Source of the DNA: an uncultured Mycoplasmatota bacterium
Lineage (GTDB): Bacteria > Bacillota_I > Bacilli_A > RF39 > UBA660
Direction: 5' to 3'
Length of the DNA stretch: 64,000 bases
Assembly (NCBI GenBank): GCA_900545005.1
Contig: UQXO01000007.1
Coordinates: 11,126 to 75,125, forward strand
In this document: piece by piece, positions 62,006-64,000 of the stretch
Layout: each line of letters begins with the position of its first letter
Position numbering within the stretch: the first letter of the stretch is position 1
Notes under the pieces: generated by a model
Told to the model about the DNA's origin: nothing
Seen by the model: the letters and a program-made list of their open reading frames with translations, nothing else
Database searches by the model: none
Translations under genes and position numbers: made by a program

Positions 62006-64000
62006 TTTTACTATTTTACTTCTTATTATCTTAGTTGTTTTTCTAGCATATTTTAGAAGCACTATCCAAAGAAATACTTCTATCTATGATATTAATGAAA
62101 CCAATCTAACAGGTTATATTATAGATTATCAAGTAAAGACTGATAAGATAACTTATACTATTATGACTATTAAAGATAAGAAGAAAGAAAAAATTCTAGC
62201 TACTAAATATTTAAACTCAGACAAGAAGATACCTAGTATTACTCTTGGAGATATCATAACTTTAACAGGAAAATTAAAACTCCCTAGTAAGAATACTATT
62301 CCTAATACTTTTAACTATCAAGAATATCTTTATCATAAAGAAATATATTATTTATTTACGATTGAAGATATTACTCTTCTAAAGAAAAATACTAATCCTT
62401 ATTACCAAGTTCAAAATCTTCTTTACCAAAGAACTAAGTCTCTTGATGATACTGGTTATTTAACTATGTTAATCTATGGAAAAAAAGAGATAGACCAAGA
62501 TACTTATGAGACCCTAGCTAACTTAGGAGTTATTCATCTTTTTGCTATCTCTGGGCTTCATTTACAAATATTTACTCTGTTACTAGAACATCTTTTAAAA
62601 AAACTAAAAGTTCTTCCGCATATTAGAACTCTTCTTATCATTATCTTTCTTACTCTTTATGCTTCTCTAATAAACTTTCCGGCTAGTATCCTAAGAGCCT
62701 TGACTCTTTATATCTTTATGCATCTTTTACCTATTATCTTCAAGCAAAAGATAACTTTACCAACATATCAAGTGTTAATCCTAAGTACTAGTTTTTTACT
62801 TCTAATAAATCCCCATTTTCTTTATGATATAGGATTTCTTTATTCTTCTTTATGTACCTTTGGTCTTTTGTATTTTAATGATCAAACGAAGAATAAAATT
62901 CTAAAAGCCCTTAAAACCACTCTAATAGCAACCATCTGGTCTTTACCAATAAGTATCTCCCTAAATTATACTTATAACTTGCTGAGTCCTATCTATAACC
63001 TAATTTATGTTCCCTTTATTAGTATTATCTTTTATCCTTGTTGTCTCTTAACCTTTATCTTTCCTTTTCTTTTGCCTCTTCTAAAAGTCTTAATAACTCT
63101 CTTAGAACTTCTTACTTTTCTTTTTAGTCAGATTAGTCTTAATATTATCTTTCCTAAAATGAGTATTTTAGTAATTATTATCTACTATATAAGTATTTAT
63201 CTTCTTTCTAAATATCAGAATATTTATTGCTATTTAATAACTACTCTTATCTTATGTTTATATCCTTTAAAATATAACTCTATAACTAGTTTAAATATCT
63301 ATTATCTAGATGTTAATCAAGGAGATTGTAGTCTTATTATAAGTCCTAAGAAGAAAGACGTCACAATGATTGATACGGGTGGTCTAACTAGGGATACTAA
63401 TAACTATACGATTAAAAACATCATTAGATTTATGCATAGTCTTAATATTAAGAAAATAGATAATTTACTTATTAGTCATGGCGATTATGATCATATTGGT
63501 AATGCTACTTATCTAGTCGATAATTTTAAGATAAAGAATGTTTATTTTAATTATGATGATTACGATGAATTAGAAGAGTCTTTAAAACTTAAATTAGAAC
63601 AAAAGAAAGTAAATTACTATAAAGGTTTAAAGTCTTTAAAAGCACCTTACTATACATTTAATTTTTTAAACAGTAGTCTATATGACAATGAAAATGATAA
63701 CTCTTTAGTAACTTATTTTAAGTATTTAGATTATACTTTTCTATATATGGGTGATGCCTCAAGTACTAGAGAGACAGATATTATAAAGAAATATAATCCA
63801 GAAAAGATAACCATCTTAAAAGTAGGGCATCATGGTAGTAAGACTAGTAGTAGTAAAGAGTTTATTAATGAAATAAATCCTAAGTATTCTATAATTAGTG
63901 TAGGAAAAAATAATCGTTATGGTCATCCGAATAAAGAAGCTGTAAATAATCTGAATAACTCAAAAATATATAGAACCGATGAAGACGGTAGTATTATGTT
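61965..64000 (+). CDS. comEC: DNA internalisation competence protein ComEC/Rec2 (3' end outside window)
   Basis: The frame stays open from TAG 61959 to the window end, so it is absent from the ORF track. First ATG is at 61965. Competence domain GVIHLFAISGLHLQIF and metallo-beta-lactamase YYLDVNQGDCSLII...ISHGDYDHIG...GHHGS. Overlaps comEA by 41 nt. Confidence 0.85.
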   Translation, partial: MLYLLKSKTTLLSNFTILLLIILVVFLAYFRSTIQRNTSIYDINETNLTGYIIDYQVKTDKITYTIMTIKDKKKEKILATKYLNSDKKIPSITLGDIITLTGKLKLPSKNTIPNTFNYQEYLYHKEIYYLFTIEDITLLKKNTNPYYQVQNLLYQRTKSLDDTGYLTMLIYGKKEIDQDTYETLANLGVIHLFAISGLHLQIFTLLLEHLLKKLKVLPHIRTLLIIIFLTLYASLINFPASILRALTLYIFMHLLPIIFKQKITLPTYQVLILSTSFLLLINPHFLYDIGFLYSSLCTFGLLYFNDQTKNKILKALKTTLIATIWSLPISISLNYTYNLLSPIYNLIYVPFISIIFYPCCLLTFIFPFLLPLLKVLITLLELLTFLFSQISLNIIFPKMSILVIIIYYISIYLLSKYQNIYCYLITTLILCLYPLKYNSITSLNIYYLDVNQGDCSLIISPKKKDVTMIDTGGLTRDTNNYTIKNIIRFMHSLNIKKIDNLLISHGDYDHIGNATYLVDNFKIKNVYFNYDDYDELEESLKLKLEQKKVNYYKGLKSLKAPYYTFNFLNSSLYDNENDNSLVTYFKYLDYTFLYMGDASSTRETDIIKKYNPEKITILKVGHHGSKTSSSKEFINEINPKYSIISVGKNNRYGHPNKEAVNNLNNSKIYRTDEDGSIM

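Overview
Chromosomal segment of a low-GC (about 30% by eye) spore-forming Firmicute using the standard genetic code. Gene order is Bacilli/Erysipelotrichia-like: ybeY-era-yqzL-recO-glyQS, ruvX-yrzB-mltG-yrrMNO-greA, and ylbJ/ylbL. About 70 CDS are packed on both strands, with 4 tRNAs (CAT, Leu-TAG, Ile-GAT, Glu-TTC). I saw no rRNA, CRISPR array, transposase or prophage.

Most genes are housekeeping:
- Cell wall and division: murE, murG, murB, divIB, ftsW, sepF, divIVA, mltG.
- Central metabolism: ppdK, nifJ/PFOR, deoD.
- Translation and RNA modification.
- Competence: comEA, comEC.
- Sporulation: sigK (uninterrupted), sigG, ylmC/ymxH, ylbJ-like and yjcZ-like genes.

The best candidate for something undescribed is a four-member paralog family (5935, 7317, 26013, 42019). 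The members share a roughly 150-aa N-terminal module behind a TasA/camelysin-style signal anchor, and carry different C-terminal modules, one of them an ALK/LTK-type glycine-rich domain. Two sequence-level oddities are attached to this family:
- A perfect 25-bp inverted-repeat pair brackets a 240-bp repeat-rich segment just upstream of the 5935-9293 operon, which looks like an invertible switch.
- The 3' end of 26013..27536 is strongly adenine-depleted, GC-rich and NNC-codon-rich, resembling a DGR variable region. No reverse transcriptase or template repeat lies in the window.

Other accessory items:
- A HipA-like kinase plus Fic islet.
- A DUF3419-DUF1848 pair inside the mur cluster.
- A class B sortase/substrate pair flanked by repeated membrane-protein plus DUF1292-like modules.
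- Tandem double-HTH regulators next to an orphan sigG.

All calls rest on reading the sequence and recalling motifs. No searches were run.
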